NCBI GenBank assembly: GCA_030390025.1
Contig: CM059432.1
Span: 91,762,001 to 91,826,000 of the forward strand
Origin: Squalus acanthias
Lineage: Eukaryota
Direction: 5' to 3'
Length of the DNA stretch: 64,000 nucleotides
The notes under the pieces were generated by a model, which saw only the letters and a program-made list of their open reading frames with translations, had not been told where the DNA came from and made no database searches. This document shows, piece by piece, positions 13,358 to 26,604 of this stretch. A program made the translations under genes and the position numbers. Position 1 is the first letter of the stretch; each line of letters begins with the position of its first letter.

Positions 13358-14820
13358 AGAATCATAGAAATCATAGAATCATAGAAAAATTACGACAAAG
13401 GGGGCCATTCAGCCTATCGTGTCCGTGCCGGTCAGAAAAGAGCTACCCAGCCTAATCCCACCTTCCAGCACTAGGCCCGTAGCCCTGTAGGTTACGGCTC
13501 TTCAATGCACATCCAAGTACTTTTTAAATGTGATGAGGGTTTCTGCCTCTACCACCTTTTCGGGCAGTGAATTCCAGACCCCCACCACCCTCTGGGTGAA
13601 AAAATGTTTCCTCAATCTCTCCTCTAATCCTTCTACCAACTTCTTTAAATCGATACCCCCTGGTTATTGACCTCTCTGCTAAGGGAAATAGGTCCTTCCT
13701 ATCCACTCTATCTAGGCCCCTCATAATTTTATACATCTCAATTAAATCTCCCCTCATGCTCCTCTGTTCCAAGGAAAACAACCCCAGCCTATCCAATATT
13801 TCCTCATAGCTAAAGTTTTCCAGTCCTGGCAACATGCTCGTAAATCTCCTCTGCACCCTCTCCAGTGCAATCTCATCCTTCCTATAATGTGGTGACAGTT
13901 CTAGCATAACTTCCCTGCTCTTATATTCTTTGCCTCAGCTAATAAAGGAAAGCATTCCGTCTACCTTTTTAACTACTTTATCGACCTGTCCTGCTACCTT
14001 TAAGGATCTGTGGACATACACTCCAAGGTCCCTCTGTTCCTCCACACCTCGCAGTATCCTCCCATTTAATGTGTATGCCCTTGCCTTGTTGCCCCTCCCC
14101 AAATGCATTACATCACAGTTTTCCGGATTGAATTCCATTTGCCACTTTTCTGCCCAACTGACCAGTTCATCGATATCTTCCTGCAGTCTAAAGCTTTCCT
14201 CCTCACTGTCACCCACACGGCCAATTTTTGTATCATCTGCAAATTTCTTTATCATGCCCCCTGCATTTAAATCTAAATCATTAATATATACTACAAAAAG
14301 TAAGGGACCGAGTACTGAGCCCTGTGGAACCCCACTGGAAATAGCCTTCCAGTCGCAAAAACTCCCCTCAACCATTACCCTTTGCTTCCTGCCACTGAGC
14401 CAATTTTGGATCCAATTTGCCAATCTCCCTTGGATCCCATAGGCTTTTACTTTTTTGATCAGCCTGCCATGTGGCACCTTGTCAAAAGCCTTGCTAAAAT
14501 CCATGTAGACTACATCAAAGGCACTGCCCTCATCAACCCTCCTTGTTACCTCCTCAAAGAATTCAATCAAGTTAGTCAAACACGATCTTCCCTTAACAAA
14601 ACTATGCTGACTGTCCTTGATTAATCTGTGTCTTACTAAATGAAGGTTTATACTGTCTCTCAGAATTGATTCCAGTAATTTGCCCACCACTGAGTTTAAA
14701 CTAACTGACTTGTAATTGCTCGGTTTATCCCTGCTTCCTTTTTTAAATAATAATACAACGTTAGCAGTTCTCCAATCCTCTGGCACCACTCCTGTAGCCA
14801 GGGAGGATTGGAAAATGATG
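13358..14820 (-). mobile_element. CR1 LINE, 5'-truncated
   Basis: 321-aa RT ORF 13935-14900 ([25 protein letters not shown]); (AGAATCAT)n-type tail at about 13358-13386. Confidence 0.95.
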
Positions 14821-14856
14821 GCACAGATATGCCACAGAGACCTTTCCTGTTTTATT

Positions 14857-15526
14857 GACCCAGAATTTGCAGTCAACGGTGAAGCAAAGGCGTTCGCCAA
14901 TGGCCCCGAAGTAAGCTTCGCCCAAAGATCTTGTGATCACTGTTTCGAGAAGTTTGGGTTTTCCGACGTGTAATTCAAATCAACAGAGTATAGTGAGGAG
15001 CCCCTAGTGCGAGCTGCTGTGACGTCAACAGCCAATTCTCACAGACAGCGAATAAGTAAGTGAGTAAGCTCTTAAAATTCTAACTTTTTAATAATGTTAG
15101 AGAGAGCAAAACAAAGAATGGGGTTCTCACACGGGGAAAAAGCAAACCTGAAATAAATATGAACAAACATTTACAAAAATTAAAACACCAATTACACCTA
15201 ATCCCTTTGGGTCTAACTTTCAGTGGGGAATTTAACAGCGTAATTACTGCAGAAGAGCCAAAGTTTTTGTCAATTTCCCTGATTTGAGAGATTACACTGA
15301 TTGCTGGCTCTGTGGGTTGGTGCCGTGTTGGGGACGGGGGGGGTGGGGGGGGAGTGGAATGGGACACAGCGCAACCTGTGTCGGAGCTGTCAATGACAGA
15401 TCGCAACTTCAGCATTTTCATATGTGCCTATGCCTACAGAAAATCCCGAAGTTGTGGTCAGTTTCAAAGGCAGAATGATGGTGAACGCTGCCAGTTTGAC
15501 ATCATCCGGACCACAAATTTCAGGCC
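14857..15526. mobile_element. Harbinger-type MITE
   Basis: Imperfect TIRs GACCCAGAATTTGCAGTC / GACCACAAATTTCAGGCC; ATT on both flanks (14854-56, 15527-29). Confidence 0.8.
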
Positions 15527-16004
15527 ATTGTTGGGAAAATAGTCATGTACTATATGCTCAGCTGGATGTACTTAGTGATAGTATCTGTTCCTGTTTTTGA
15601 AAATGATAACTTCAAGAAGAAAATTAAATAAAAATGTTGCAGTGTTGGAAAATGTTTTGAAAGCTTTTGCTATTTAGTAGTTAGGACCTTTGTTTGAATG
15701 TATTATTTATTAATCATAAAGTTTTGCTCAAGCCTTAACTACAGGAAATGAATCATGGAGGATTAAAATAACACCTTTAGGCCCAGATTTTCCCCACTTT
15801 TTCAGGTTTTCCTTGAGTGGATGACAGAGGGTGGGGAGGCTTTCCATCAACCCCTCAACTCTAAAAGTAGCTGTTCTTCCATCCCCCTGTTAGAGGTGAA
15901 TCTCAATACCTGCTACTTACCCACCTCACCACATGTAAACATCGTGAGTAAATGGGCTTGAACCAGCTTCCACTCCTGAATAGGCTTCACTTTAACATCT
16001 TATG

Positions 16005-16135
16005 CAAAAAACAGCACCTCCAACAATGCAGCACTCTGTCAGTACTGTACTGACCTGTCAGCCTGAATTATGTGCTCAAGTCCTGGAGTACAGCTTGAAC
16101 CATTGACTTCCTGAATTAGGGGTAAGAGTGCACAG
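16005..16135 (-). mobile_element. Deu-SINE 5' fragment
   Basis: Reverse-complement similarity to the start of 18066-18458, plus a tRNA-like B-box remnant. Confidence 0.7.
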
Positions 16136-16199
16136 GTGGTCCAAGCTCAATTGGACCGATGTGTTTCACATTTTGGTTTTCTAAGGTCCTTCATAGAGG

Positions 16200-16292
16200 T
16201 GGTGGGAGACAAGAGTCCGGGTGGCGTGGGTGGGGGTGGGTGGGGGGGGGGGGGGGGGTGGGGGGTGCTGCGGGGGGGGGGGGGGAGAGGGG
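16200..16292 (+). repeat. Poly-G / G-quadruplex-prone tract
   Basis: Multiple G runs, some longer than 10 nt. Confidence 0.85.
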
Positions 16293-16801
16293 AAGTAAAG
16301 GGAGTTTCTTGGGCAGGAGCATAACTGTGCATGTGCAGCTCCTTAAAGAGTCATCAGCATTTTATTGGCTGAAAATTGTCAAATTTTGCTGCTTCTGTTT
16401 AGTATTGTGCCAAGGTGAGACAAGTGTCTGTCAATTCCTGGGTGGGGAGAGGGGAATGAGGTCACGCCCTTGTCAGAGAACAGCCTGAAGGTCATACTGA
16501 GGGAGGTGATAGCAAGGGGGCATGTCATTTACAGGTGTGAGGGTACCCTCCTCAACAAGCTGTAAGTCAAAAGTTGCCTAGGAAGAAGTGGCCAAGCAGA
16601 TCAATGTAGTTTCTACATTAAAGAAGTAATTTACCACCCAGAAGAAATTTTCTGCAGTCAGTGCTTCCTGAAAAGAGACATTCAAGTGCTGGAGAAAATG
16701 AAAAGAAGAACCATGAGGTTGATCCCTAGTGTCAGAGGTCTGAGTTATGAGTAAAGATTGCAGTAACTTGGACTTTTTCAGCTGAAGGAGGCACCTGAGA
16801 A

Positions 16802-17893
16802 TGTGAAAGAATAAGCCATATAACCTATTCAGAAAAATACACTGTCTCATGAAAGAATTCTGGCCTTATTAAAACATGACAAACTGGGTTTGGAAATTTA
16901 GAAACCTAACTATGAAATAGCTGTGAAAGCATTCTGGCTATTGAGATAAGACAGTTGTTGACCCTGAATAAATAACCTTATTGAAACAGAAGGTTAAAGG
17001 CTCCTGACAGGCTGACCTTTGGGAACAAAACAATGGTTCACCCTGGATAAGGTGTTCTAATTTACACTTCGTAAAGAAGCACATAAAGTAAGGAACATCT
17101 GCCCTCGTAAAGATGACATAAAGTAAGAAACACCTGCTGTCACACCGTTTTTTATATGGTAAACTTAGAACACCTCGAGATGAGACATGAGTCTGGCAGA
17201 GGTCAGCAGAAAAATGATTAGAGATAATTAGCTTACATCAGCAGAAAACCTTAAAGGAAATACAACTGGAAAAGGGTATAAATATTGAACTCTCAAATGG
17301 GATAACAGACTCGCTTTAATCGGGCAAAGCGATTCTCGGCTTCAGAGGCGGCTCTGTAAGTCTCCAACTCTTTGTACCTCGGGGATCAAAGGTATTTCAT
17401 TTTGGTGGATATCCTGTAGACTTTAAAGAACTGTAAAACTGTAGCGAAGTTAAGATTTGAAAGTAAGGTTCTCTGATAATAGGATTGTAAGTTTTCTCTT
17501 TTTGGAACTGTTAATGTTGCGATTGACTCACCAACTGTAAACTGTATGTCGGTTCTTTAATAAATCTATATATTTTTAGAATTGTCTCACATAAGACTTC
17601 TGTATCAAACTCGCGAACTCAATCTCTGTACACTCTTTGGTGAGGAGTTGCAGAATTCTGGGGGAGTTTTCCGGACCCTCATAATATCCGGAACGTTACA
17701 GTCTAGCTATCTGGAGGACGGTAACATTTTCAGGTTGTTCCTTTCCTTTAGGGAGAGATAGTCCAGACCTTTAGACCCAATTAAGCGTCTTTAGGATTCG
17801 GCTACCTCAAACTTTAGTTGAAAGTGAACGTCTGAGAAATACGCCTGATCCAGGGTAGCCCTAAAGGGGCTAGGACTAGTAATTATCCCTTCA
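16802..17893 (+). mobile_element. Solo LTR (about 1.09 kb) inserted into a CR1 fragment
   Basis: TG...CA ends; 4-bp TSD AGAA/CGAA (1 mismatch). Removing it restores the CR1 reading LRSDLIQVHKI. TATAAA at about 17277, AATAAA at about 17559, and an internal dimer of about 37 bp at 17068-17137. Confidence 0.85.
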
Positions 17894-18065
17894 CGAAGTG
17901 ATCTTATACAGGTACATAAGATAGTTAAGGAATTAAAAAGGTGATTATTACTTTAAATTAAATTGTGAAAGGAGGACAAAGCGGCACAGGTTCTAACTAG
18001 TAAAAGATATAATTAGAGCTCATATCAGGAAATTCTTCTTCACACAAAGAGTGATCAATACATGG

Positions 18066-18458
18066 ACTTGAGCACAAAATCTAGACTGAAACTCCAGTGC
18101 AGTACTGAGGGAGTGCTGCACTATCGGAGGTTCTGTCTTTCAGGTGAGACGTTAAACCGAGGCCCCATCTGCCCCCTCAGGTGGATGTAAAAGATACTGT
18201 GGCATTATTTGAAGAAGAGCTGGGGCATTTTCCGCAGTTTCCTGGCCAATATTTATCCCTCAACCAATATCACTAAAACAGATTATCTGGTCATAATCTC
18301 TTTGCTGTTTGTGGGATCTTGTTGTGCACAAGTTGGCTGTCATGTTTCCTACATTACAACAGTAACTACACTTAAAAAGTACTTCATTGGCTGTAAAGCG
18401 CTTTGGGACATCCTGAGGTCGTGAAAAGCGCTATATAAATGCAAGTCTTTCTTTTTAG
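18066..18458 (+). mobile_element. Deu-domain SINE (SacSINE1/AmnSINE1-like), 5'-truncated
   Basis: Recognised core CCAGTGCAGTACTGAGGGAGTGCTGCACT...GAGACGTTAAACCGAGGCCCC...CCTGGCCAATATTTATCCCTCAACC and L2-type tail GCGCTATATAAATGCAAGT. Confidence 0.88.
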
Positions 18459-19531
18459 ATTTCCAGATAAGAGTGGTGATGGCAAAAACCTGGAATTAAT
18501 TGAATGCTGCACTGAGGAGACAGTAAGATCTTTCCAGATAGCTGAATTTAGATGGGCCATATAGCCTTCCTCACCCATAACTTTCTTATGATCATGTCAA
18601 TTATAGATCACTCTGGAGTGGATGGTCCCTCCATGGGCATCTGCAAGGGAAACCCCCCCCCCAAGCAGAGTTCCTAAGGGCAGTTGTAGGTGCCACAGCA
18701 GCATCATAATTGACGCAATCGCGACCTTGGGCTCTGATCTCCATAAGTCAGTTCTTATGGTATTCTCCATGCTGGGGAATCATCTAGACAGGTCCTTGTC
18801 ACAGAATTCCATGATTTCACAGCACCTCTGTAGTCTTCCCCAACCCAGATGGCCAAACATGCTGAAGGAATGCCCAGCAACATGATATAACAGGAAGAGG
18901 CATGGTTGACTAAGGTATCTCTTAGAGCAACTCATCATCTATACCACCAAGATTGCCTATTTCAAAGAATTCATGTAGAGCCTTAAGGCGAGCAAGCCAG
19001 AGACCGCTACCCCAGCAGTACATGTGGCACCTGCAGTTGCAGGGATATCTACTAACCCTGCTGATGGAGGTAACAAGTCACCTCTGTCCGAAGGAATCCG
19101 CAAGAAAATTTATCCACCAACCATCTCACTTCCTTCTCCTACGTTTCCATCAACGGGAATCAACAGGAGAGGAAACTAGGCCACACAAGTACGTTTTGGT
19201 AGCAGGTAATTCAGTCCTTCCAGCCCTGCACTCAGAAATTTTCTTTCTTGATCCCTCTACTTGGCTGCATCTCTCCCCACTTTGAAAAGCCTCCTCAAGC
19301 TACATTTTTGACCATGCTTTAGTCACTGCCCCTGACCTTGTAACTCTTGTTCAGTATACGATAACCCCTTACCTTGGAATATTTTGCTATGTGAAAGGTG
19401 CTATATAAATGTAAATTGTTGTTACCCACTTTTTATGCAGTTGATTCCACTCTACATTCATCAACTCCTTTTAGACTGCATGCCCTTAGTGCTCACCACC
19501 TCCAGTGCACTCTCAGTGGTTGAATCACATT

Positions 19532-20454
19532 AGCCCAGAAATTGCTGTCGGCGGCATAACTAAGGAGTATGCCGCCGACCTCCGAAAGAAATTCGCACTT
19601 ACCTGGTGCGAGGCCCCCTTCAAAAACTTGCATTGTTTTGCTGTGGAGTTGAGCACAGCGTAGTGGCCCATGGATCCCAGGGGCGCACCGTGTGCGTAAG
19701 TGTACCTGGAATCACGTGGGGTGGTGCGCCAATCAGGAAACAGAAATCTCTGATGGCCGACATCAATCAAATTTTAAATTATATGGTGTGAATATTGATT
19801 TGAATTGATGACTTATCACTCCCACTGTAAATAATAATGATAATCATTATAACACTCAAGTTAAACTGGCAAGGACATTTTTTTGTAAAATAAACACGGA
19901 TCCCTATTCAAAGATCTATCCAGTTTTACTTGCATAGAGTGAATGAATAAAAACAATAATTATTCAAAGTGAGGTACGACAAAGAAATATTAGGCAGCAA
20001 ATCTTGCTTCAATAATATCCAATTACTTTATTATGCAAAATGTCTGCTGGCTGGGATAATTAGTAATCAGAGTGATGGACAGCAGAGTGAGAACAATACA
20101 AAGTAATGGCAGTGTTTGTATGTCAATACAAAGCTATGTTGAATATTAAAACAGTATGGACAACTACCACCCCCCCCTCCCTTTACGCCGTGCAAACAGA
20201 CTCCTGCGCCTATTTGCACCAGCCGTAAAATTTTCCTGCATGATTGCTGGGTAGTTGGTGCGCAATTAGCCCAATTCTGCACCAGCAATTGGAATTTCAC
20301 AGTCGCAGGGGATGATCTGTCAAGTCGAAACTTCATAGATCGCAAGTTCGGGATTTCACACATGCGGGGAATTCCGGACTTGCGGTCAATTTCAAAGGCA
20401 GTATGACGGCATACTCTGAGAGTATGCCGTCATACCGACCGCAAATTCTGCCCC
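19532..20454. mobile_element. Harbinger-type MITE with a perfect subterminal palindrome
   Basis: TIR-like GCCCAGAAATTGCTGTCGG / CCGACCGCAAATTCTGCCCC; the right end resembles 15440-15526. Confidence 0.7.
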
Positions 20455-20527
20455 AACATCTTTATCTCCTCTATCTCTTTAAATCAGGGAAGGAAAACCA
20501 TATTTTTTTAAGTTTCTCAAAGACACG

Positions 20528-21806
20528 GGGGGGAGTATTAACCTAAAAAAAAGGTCGGTTAGGAGCACGGGGGTAGTTAAAGTGTTAAAAATGTGAATTT
20601 CAACCTGAACCAACCTCCAACCCGCCCACTTCCGGTTTTAACGGACACGGGATGGGAGGCGGGACAGGGGCGGGAGCCAACCCATTGCCAGGAGGCAAGA
20701 TGTCAATTTAAATATTATAATGAGGCTGGAAGCCCCTTCTTTAACCTCCATTTTATGTTTAACTGTAGCTGGTCAGGTTTTACACACCTCGTAAAGCCCG
20801 GCAGTTACAGCAAGGTGAGGACTGCTGCATCCAGGAGGTAAGTGCCTTTATACCTACCTCCTGGATCCAGGGTACCTGCCTAACACACCCTCCGCGATCG
20901 GAGGCCCCCCCACCTACCCCAGGCCTCCTATCACTCCACCAGGCCTCCCCGTCCCTGCTCCTCCAGCCCCCGATCCTTTTCGGACACCCCCCCTGATCTT
21001 CTGCCCGACTCCCCTCCCCCATCCTCTTCCCAGCCCGGCCCCCAATCTTCTGCCTAACCCCCACCCCCCCGCCGCATCCCCCCACCCCCCGCTGATCCTC
21101 TTCCCGGCCCAGCCCGACCCCCCGATCCTCTTCTCAGTCCGACCCCCCCCTCATCCTTTTCCCGGCCCGGCCCAACCTCCCGATCCTCTTCCCGGCCCAG
21201 CACGACCCCCCGATCCTCTTCCCGGACTGGCCCGGCCCAGCCCAACCCCTGATCCTCATCTTTGGCCCAGTCCAACCCCCCTTCATCCTCTTCCCGGCCC
21301 GGCCCAACCTCCCGATCCTCTTCCCGGCCCAGCCCGACCCCCCGATCCTCTTCTCAGCCCGACCCCCGATCCTCTTCTCAGCCCGCCCCCCGATCCTCTT
21401 CCCAGACTGGCCCGGCCCAGCCCAACCCCTGATCCTCATCTTTGGCCCAGTCCAACCCCCCTTCATCCTCTTCCCGGCCCGGCCCAACCTCCCGATCCTC
21501 ATCTTCGTCCCAGCCCAATGCCCCGATCCTCTTTTCCGGCCCGGTCCCCCAATCTTCTTCCCTGTCTGGCCCCCATGCGATCCCTCCCTCCCTCCTCTGG
21601 TCAGCCTAGTGCCGCAGGCCTACCCGCCCTGGAGCTAGCCAACCTCTCAATCTGGCTGGCTGCTGGTGGGAAACAGAGGCTTTGCATGCAAATCAGGCCC
21701 TGCCGTTAAAGTCGGCAGGGCCTGCGGGAAACCCATTCTCCCGGGTTTCCCGACCGCCTCGGAGCACCCCTGCCCCCAACCCGCCTTCCCCATTAAAATC
21801 CAGCCC
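20528..21806. mobile_element. Harbinger-type MITE containing a C-rich minisatellite
   Basis: Right end AAAATCCAGCCC as in other copies; G-run left end; ACG on both flanks (20525-27, 21807-09). Confidence 0.8.
20960..21575. repeat. C-rich minisatellite (CCCCCGATCCTCTTCCCGGCCC-like units) with a higher-order duplication
   Basis: Visible tandem units. Block of about 21205-21320 recurs near-identically at about 21385-21500. Confidence 0.92.
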
Positions 21807-22679
21807 ACGGTTTCTTAATGTCTCTTGTAAGTCAAACCAACAGTTACTATCCTTGATGGTTTCACTCTTTGTCCTTTGTTATCTGTTTTGGCTTTGCTAT
21901 GTTTTCTAAGGAGAATTCCGACATCTCCACTGCTAAGAATCTCAGTTTCTTCTTTCGTGGAAAACACTTATTTTCTCTTCAACAACTTGTAAAACTCTAT
22001 GTCCATCTAAGTCTTGAATACTGCTCCCATATTTGCGAAGGCTGTTTTTGCATCCTCACACACTATGGATGTAAGAAAAAGCTCCTGTAATCCCACTGGA
22101 AAATGCATATCTGTATATGCTGGCCGATGGCACAATTGGGCTCAATTGCAATGCTCTCCATAGCCAAATAGCCCATCAACACACTGTCTGGGCTAACACA
22201 TGAAGAATAGGCACTGGAGAGCTGACATTTCTGTGTCAGAAAGAGTTCATAATAGTAATGCCTTCAGGAGAAGAATGGAGAAAAGAGAAAACTGCCACAA
22301 TTTTCTTCAAAAAATACCTACACCTGAATTGCCCTAACTTTACTGCCTAATTTTTGAGCAGTATTTTGGCAGGTGAGAATGGGAAATAAGGCAAAGATCC
22401 TTTACATCAGATCTCCATCTATTTCTTTACCTGCCTATGTTTATACTACCATTTCCAGCCAGTATCGCAAGCATCTGTTCTAAAATGGGTGCATGTAATT
22501 AAATGAGGCAGTAATGACTTGCTGATGTCATATATATACCATTTTCTGCCATTACTGCCTCACTAATTCTGAGCATACATCCTGTCCATATAAAACAGAC
22601 AGTCCAGCATTTTGATAACTTTCTTTTTGTTGCTATTGACAACTACTTTATCTTTGTGCCTGCTGCTATGATGTTTCTA

Positions 22680-23660
22680 TTTCATCCCCCCACCCCCACC
22701 ACCAGTTCTAAAGAGGCCACAATGAGTTTCCCATTAGAAATGCCTCTGTATCTTGGTTGTGTGGAAGAGGAAAAGGAAAAACAATTGCGGAGGAATAGGT
22801 TGGTTAGGCAGCACAAGAGGTACTTTGCACCCACCCGCTAGTACCCACACTCCAGAATATACAAATTAAGGTGCTCCTACCTCCAACTGATCCAGGAGCA
22901 ATGTATGCAGAGGATGTGCTTCACAACGGAAGTCATCGATGAGCTGCAACCTGACCTGTAACCCATGTCCAGCATAGGCATTGCACTGCCACCCTGGACT
23001 TTTATGCTATTGGGTCATTTCAGGCTACTATTGGAGACATCAATAACATTTGCCAGTTGGCCGTACTGTAGACGCATAGAGGAAGTTATCGATCTACTTT
23101 GCAAGCCAGTTCATCGACTGCACCATGGACAACTACCACCAGCATAACAGAGCAATAAAATTCTCCCAAGTGGCATGTTTGCACAAGGTCCAAGGAATGG
23201 TAGATTTCTTTCACATGGCCATATGTGTACCCTTGTCCAATCCCATCACTGATGTCAACAGAATGTCAGAGATTCCATTCTCTCAAAGTCTAGCTTGTTT
23301 GTAACCAGTAGCTCTGCATCATGCAAGTGAATGCTTGCTTTCCAGGCTACTGCCATTTTATTTTAAGGTAGTCTACCATGCCAGTACTCCTTGATCCAGA
23401 AACGGATGTCTAGGTGGTTATCCTCTGCAGCCATGGCTGATGACACTTGTGCGTATTCCTAGGACACCATGACCAGGTCTATTCTGTCACACAGTACACA
23501 ATTGAAAATCTTCAAGTGCCTGAATTGCTCCGTAATTTTGTATGGCTTAAGGAATATGATGCTGTGCTGCCTTACAAGGATGTCTTATCATAGAGGCCTT
23601 GGAGGAGAAAAAGAATATATAACTGGCCCTTTTACTTCTGGCCCTGTCAGCACTTCATGA
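22680..23660 (+). pseudogene. Highly degenerate Harbinger (HARBI1-like) transposase
   Basis: Colinear traces of the 25374-26604 transposase (RMCFTTEVIDEL, KVQGMVDFFHMAI, FHSLKV.LVCN, YPLQPWLMT); many stops and frameshifts. Confidence 0.75.
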
Positions 23661-24229
23661 GATCTATGTCCCAAGTCTCTTCAGCTGAGGTCAATGTCTC
23701 CTGACCCTCCAGTCCACCATACTTTTCTTGTCTTCCAGCTCCAAATCCTTCTGCCTACTCATGCTATATAAATATAAGTAGTTGTTGTTGTCACCCTGTG
23801 CACTTCCCTCTGGCTCATTCTAACATCCCTCAGGTGAATGTTTCTGCACCAATGTTTGGCAGGAAGAGGGTGACATGACAGGGCCGGAAGCACAGGGGCC
23901 AGTTATATATTCTTTTTCTCATTATGTTTCTTCTTGCTATCTCAGGAGGAGGAGAAGTTAGAATGAGTTGCTGAGGAGCAGAGTTCCAATGTGACTTTCC
24001 TTAAAACATACAAAGATATGTAAAAAACAATGGGAAAAGATCAATTTGGATACAATGCAACTAGATGCAATACTTGCCTAACCCTTAATGACACAATCTC
24101 CTGGAATCAATTTAGGAAAGACTCTGGGAAGTTCGCCTCTAATTCCCTAATACTATTAAGCAAGGTTCCAGAAACCACAAAAGCCCATTACACAGCTTAC
24201 TGGAAATGTCCTTTTCATTCAACTGGTAA

Positions 24230-24720
24230 AGTCCCTTTTTAAAAGGACTGTTGGGAATCCATGCCCACTGCATGTTCTGATTTTCTGTTCTAGAGGATGA
24301 GGTCCAATCTAAATCTTTGCCTAATGTTTTTCTAGGCATATACTCTAACCCCAACATTCCTAACTTTCCTATTCATTTCAAATAACCTGGATATGATCCA
24401 TCTCTTCATCATTTTAAACCCTCAATCATTTCAAACTGCATTTCTCTAAAGTAAATAGTGCTGACTCTTATCCTGATAACTGAGAGCTCTAGGGTTATAC
24501 ATCAATCTAGACACCTCCTCTGCCCTTCTCCAAAGCCCTGACATCCTTCATCATGTGCTGGACACAATGCAGCAGGTACCAATGTACTAAAACCTTGTAT
24601 AGACCAAGTGTAGTGCTCTTTGTTTCATATCCAGTGGTCTGAGCAATAGATCCAAACATCTTACTTGCCTTCCCTATAGCTACTTCACACTGCTTGTGCA
24701 CTTTTAACAAGCTGTCAACT
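24230..24720 (-). mobile_element. Old CR1 fragment
   Basis: ORF 24507-24710 (LGLYKVLVH..CVQ..KDVRALEK) resembles the CR1 ORF2 C-terminus. Confidence 0.7.
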
Positions 24721-25373
24721 ATTAGACTCAGGCATTTCTCTTGATCTGTAACCTTTATTACCTCGATGAAAGGACTGAGTGTAATGTATCCAAATTTGCT
24801 GATGATACAAAGCTAGGTGAGACAGTAAGCTGTGAGGAGAACACAAAGGGCTCGATTTTCCCGGCACTCGGGGCGGGTTTGGAGGTGGGTCAGGTGGTAA
24901 AATGGCAAAAAGTGCCGGCGGGTTCCCGATCCCGCCGTCAACCTACCTCCGTGCAACTTTGCCAAAGGCGGACTCGCAGACTCCTGTTCGGTCCCGCCAC
25001 CAAGCGGCAGGATAGGCACTTAAGGCAGTTAACTGGTTGTTAACTGCCTGTATAATCCTGTTTTGCCTGCCCTTTTAAATTTTACCACATTTTCAGCGTG
25101 TTCCAGGTCGTTCCCAAACCAAGCCAGCTATTTGTGTCGGGTTCACAAGTGGCTGCCTTCCTGACAGCTGCAGCTCCACCATAAAAACGGAGCTTTCAAC
25201 AAGGATCAGTGCAGGTGGCAGAACTTTGTTTTTTCAGGTCTTGGAAAACTTTTTGCAGGTCTACTGATTTTGGAAGTGGTGAAGCTGAGATCCATCTCCA
25301 GTGTGGCCTCCTGGGAAAACCCTCTCCCCACATTGACTGAGCGCTTCCTCAACTGAGAAATCTACCAGCAGCA

Positions 25374-25445
25374 TGGGAACCATTTATTTCCTTTCATCCT
25401 GATCCTCAGATTTGGAGGAAGAGCAGCCATGGTAGCAGAACCAGG

Positions 25446-25477
<32 letters not shown>

Positions 25478-26474
25478 GAGTGCCAACCTGCTGCTCACCC
25501 ACCTGATGGTGCACAGGGCAGAAGGCGTCAGCGCAGGGAAACACGTCGCCGCAGGAGATACCCCCAACACAGGGTTTACAGGCCGAGGATGACCTCAACA
25601 TGACGGAGCAGCAGTGCCAAAGGAGGCTGAGACTTTCGCGAGAGGTAGTCGGTGACATCTGCGCACTGCTGCACCAACACCTGGAGCCGAGAGGAGCGGG
25701 TGGACACCCTTTACCAGTGGCTGTCAAAGTCACCACCGCACTCAATTTTTTTGCTTCAGGATCCTTCCAGGGATCATCAACAGACATCAGCGGCATCTCC
25801 TAGTCGGCCGCCCACACCTGCATCATGCAGGTAACCGATGTCCTCTTTGCAAAGGCGCACAATTACATACACTTCTCGACGGATCAAGCAAGTATAATCG
25901 CGCGTGTGGTTGGCTTTGCAAATATGGCAGGCTTGCCAAGGGAGCAGGGCGTCATAGACTGCACACATGTGGCCCTTAGGGCACCCCATCACAACCCACC
26001 TGTTTTTGTCAACCGCAAGGGCTTCCACTCCCTCAACGTCCAGCTGGTGTGTAACCACAAGAAGGACATTTTGCAAGTTTGCGCCAAGTACCCTGGCAGT
26101 TGCCATGACTCGCTCATCCTGCGGCAGTCTAGTGTGCCTCCGCTCTTCAATCCACCAAACCAACTTTCCGGATGGCTACTTGGAGACAAGGGCTCTCCTT
26201 TGAAGACGTGGCTAATGACACCGTTGAGGAGGCCATCGAACGAAGCTGAGGAGCGCTACAATGCCAGCCACATTTCGAGCAGATACATCATCAAGCAAAC
26301 CATCGGCTTGCTGAAGATGCGATTCAGATGCCTTGACAGATCAGGTGGAGCCCTACAGTACTCAGCTGCCAGGGTCTCCAGAATCATCGTGGTCTGCTGT
26401 GCACTGCACAACATCTCACAGCATCGTGACTTGCAGCTGCCTGAGAAACAAGTGGCTCAGCGCATAGCCTCCTC

Positions 26475-26506
<32 letters not shown>

Positions 26507-26604
26507 GAGACCTTGCGGAGGCGAATCAGCCAGCTGTAGCAGCATGCAAGCACATTGCTGCCCGTGATGCAAGGGATGCACTAATCTTTGCCAAATTCGC
26601 TTAG
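25374..26604 (+). pseudogene. Harbinger DDE transposase (HARBI1-like), inactivated
   Basis: [40 protein letters not shown] and CCALHN motifs; N-terminal poly-Q. In-frame TAG at 25801-25803, probable frameshift near 25592, and IIKQT where the catalytic E is expected. Confidence 0.92.

Noticed and set aside
18600..19120. Possible very old minus-strand Harbinger transposase remnant
   Set aside because: Only a faint resemblance; no motif can be read with confidence.
21054..21502. Repetitive Gly/Arg-rich ORFs, or a CRISPR-like array
   Set aside because: Translations of a minisatellite; no unique spacers, and the context is eukaryotic.
22075..22290. Possible ancient SINE tail fragment
   Set aside because: It looks repeat-like, but I cannot assign it with evidence.
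25825..26604. Domesticated host HARBI1 gene
   Set aside because: It lies inside TIRs with a TSD, has an upstream stop and frameshift, and has multiple paralogous copies. It is a transposon ORF.
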